A DNA stretch of 41,150 nt from an uncultured Spirochaetales bacterium (GTDB lineage Bacteria > UBP6 > UBA1177 > JAKLFG01). The stretch lies in contig CAYNMQ010000001.1 of the NCBI GenBank assembly GCA_964398245.1, forward strand, positions 1-41,150. The letters are read 5' to 3'. The notes under the pieces were generated by a model, which did not search any database, was not told the origin of the DNA, and worked only from the letters and a program-made list of their open reading frames with translations. Below, piece by piece: positions 41,140-41,150 of this stretch (within the stretch, counting starts at the first letter, position 1; the number at the start of each line of letters is the position of its first letter). The translations under genes and the position numbers were made by a program.

Positions 41140-41150
41140 GGCATCATCAC

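Noticed and set aside
1-41150. Scan for tRNA, rRNA, CRISPR arrays and IS/transposase/integrase genes
   Set aside because: No intergenic gap contains a T-loop or acceptor-like pattern. I saw no rRNA-like stretches, no regularly spaced direct repeats outside coding low-complexity regions, and no DDE, tyrosine-recombinase or serine-recombinase motifs in any frame.

Overview
This is a 41.15-kb high-GC chromosomal segment (about 60% G+C in one hand-sampled block) from a diderm bacterium. I cannot assign a taxon from the sequence alone. Gene content, left to right:
(1) A surface lipoprotein gene of more than 885 codons with tandem Ig-like repeats. It runs off the left edge and is missing from the ORF track. 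An orphan PqqD-like gene sits just upstream of it.
(2) A tandem-HD hydrolase and ilvE.
(3) A small two-gene module with overlapping reading frames: a 62-aa protein and a small nucleotidyltransferase-fold protein.
(4) A Memo-AMMECR1 fusion with a signal peptide, followed by a complete tolQ-tolR-tolA-tolB-pal cluster.
(5) A divergent XRE regulator / Fic pair with iterons in the promoter.
(6) A ~2-kb low-GC islet carrying a single 498-aa membrane-anchored HNH nuclease with three zinc ribbons. This is the most foreign-looking element and my best candidate for something undescribed.
(7) A four-domain CoA-disulfide-reductase/rhodanese/TusA/DsrE fusion, a GT4 phosphosugar transferase, and rtcB-orf82-yggS.
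(8) A TonB-dependent-receptor-like outer-membrane protein with a Pro/Ala-rich repeat region, plus a lipoprotein.
(9) A 12-gene type II secretion cluster, gspC-D-E-F-G-H-I-J-K-L-M-N, with a translationally coupled lipoprotein.
(10) An uncharacterised-nucleotidyltransferase-family gene and a small acidic repeat lipoprotein.
I saw no rRNA, tRNA, CRISPR array, integrase or transposase. Many long ORFs in the supplied track are antisense artefacts of the high GC content. All homology calls come from motif recognition by eye, not from database searches.
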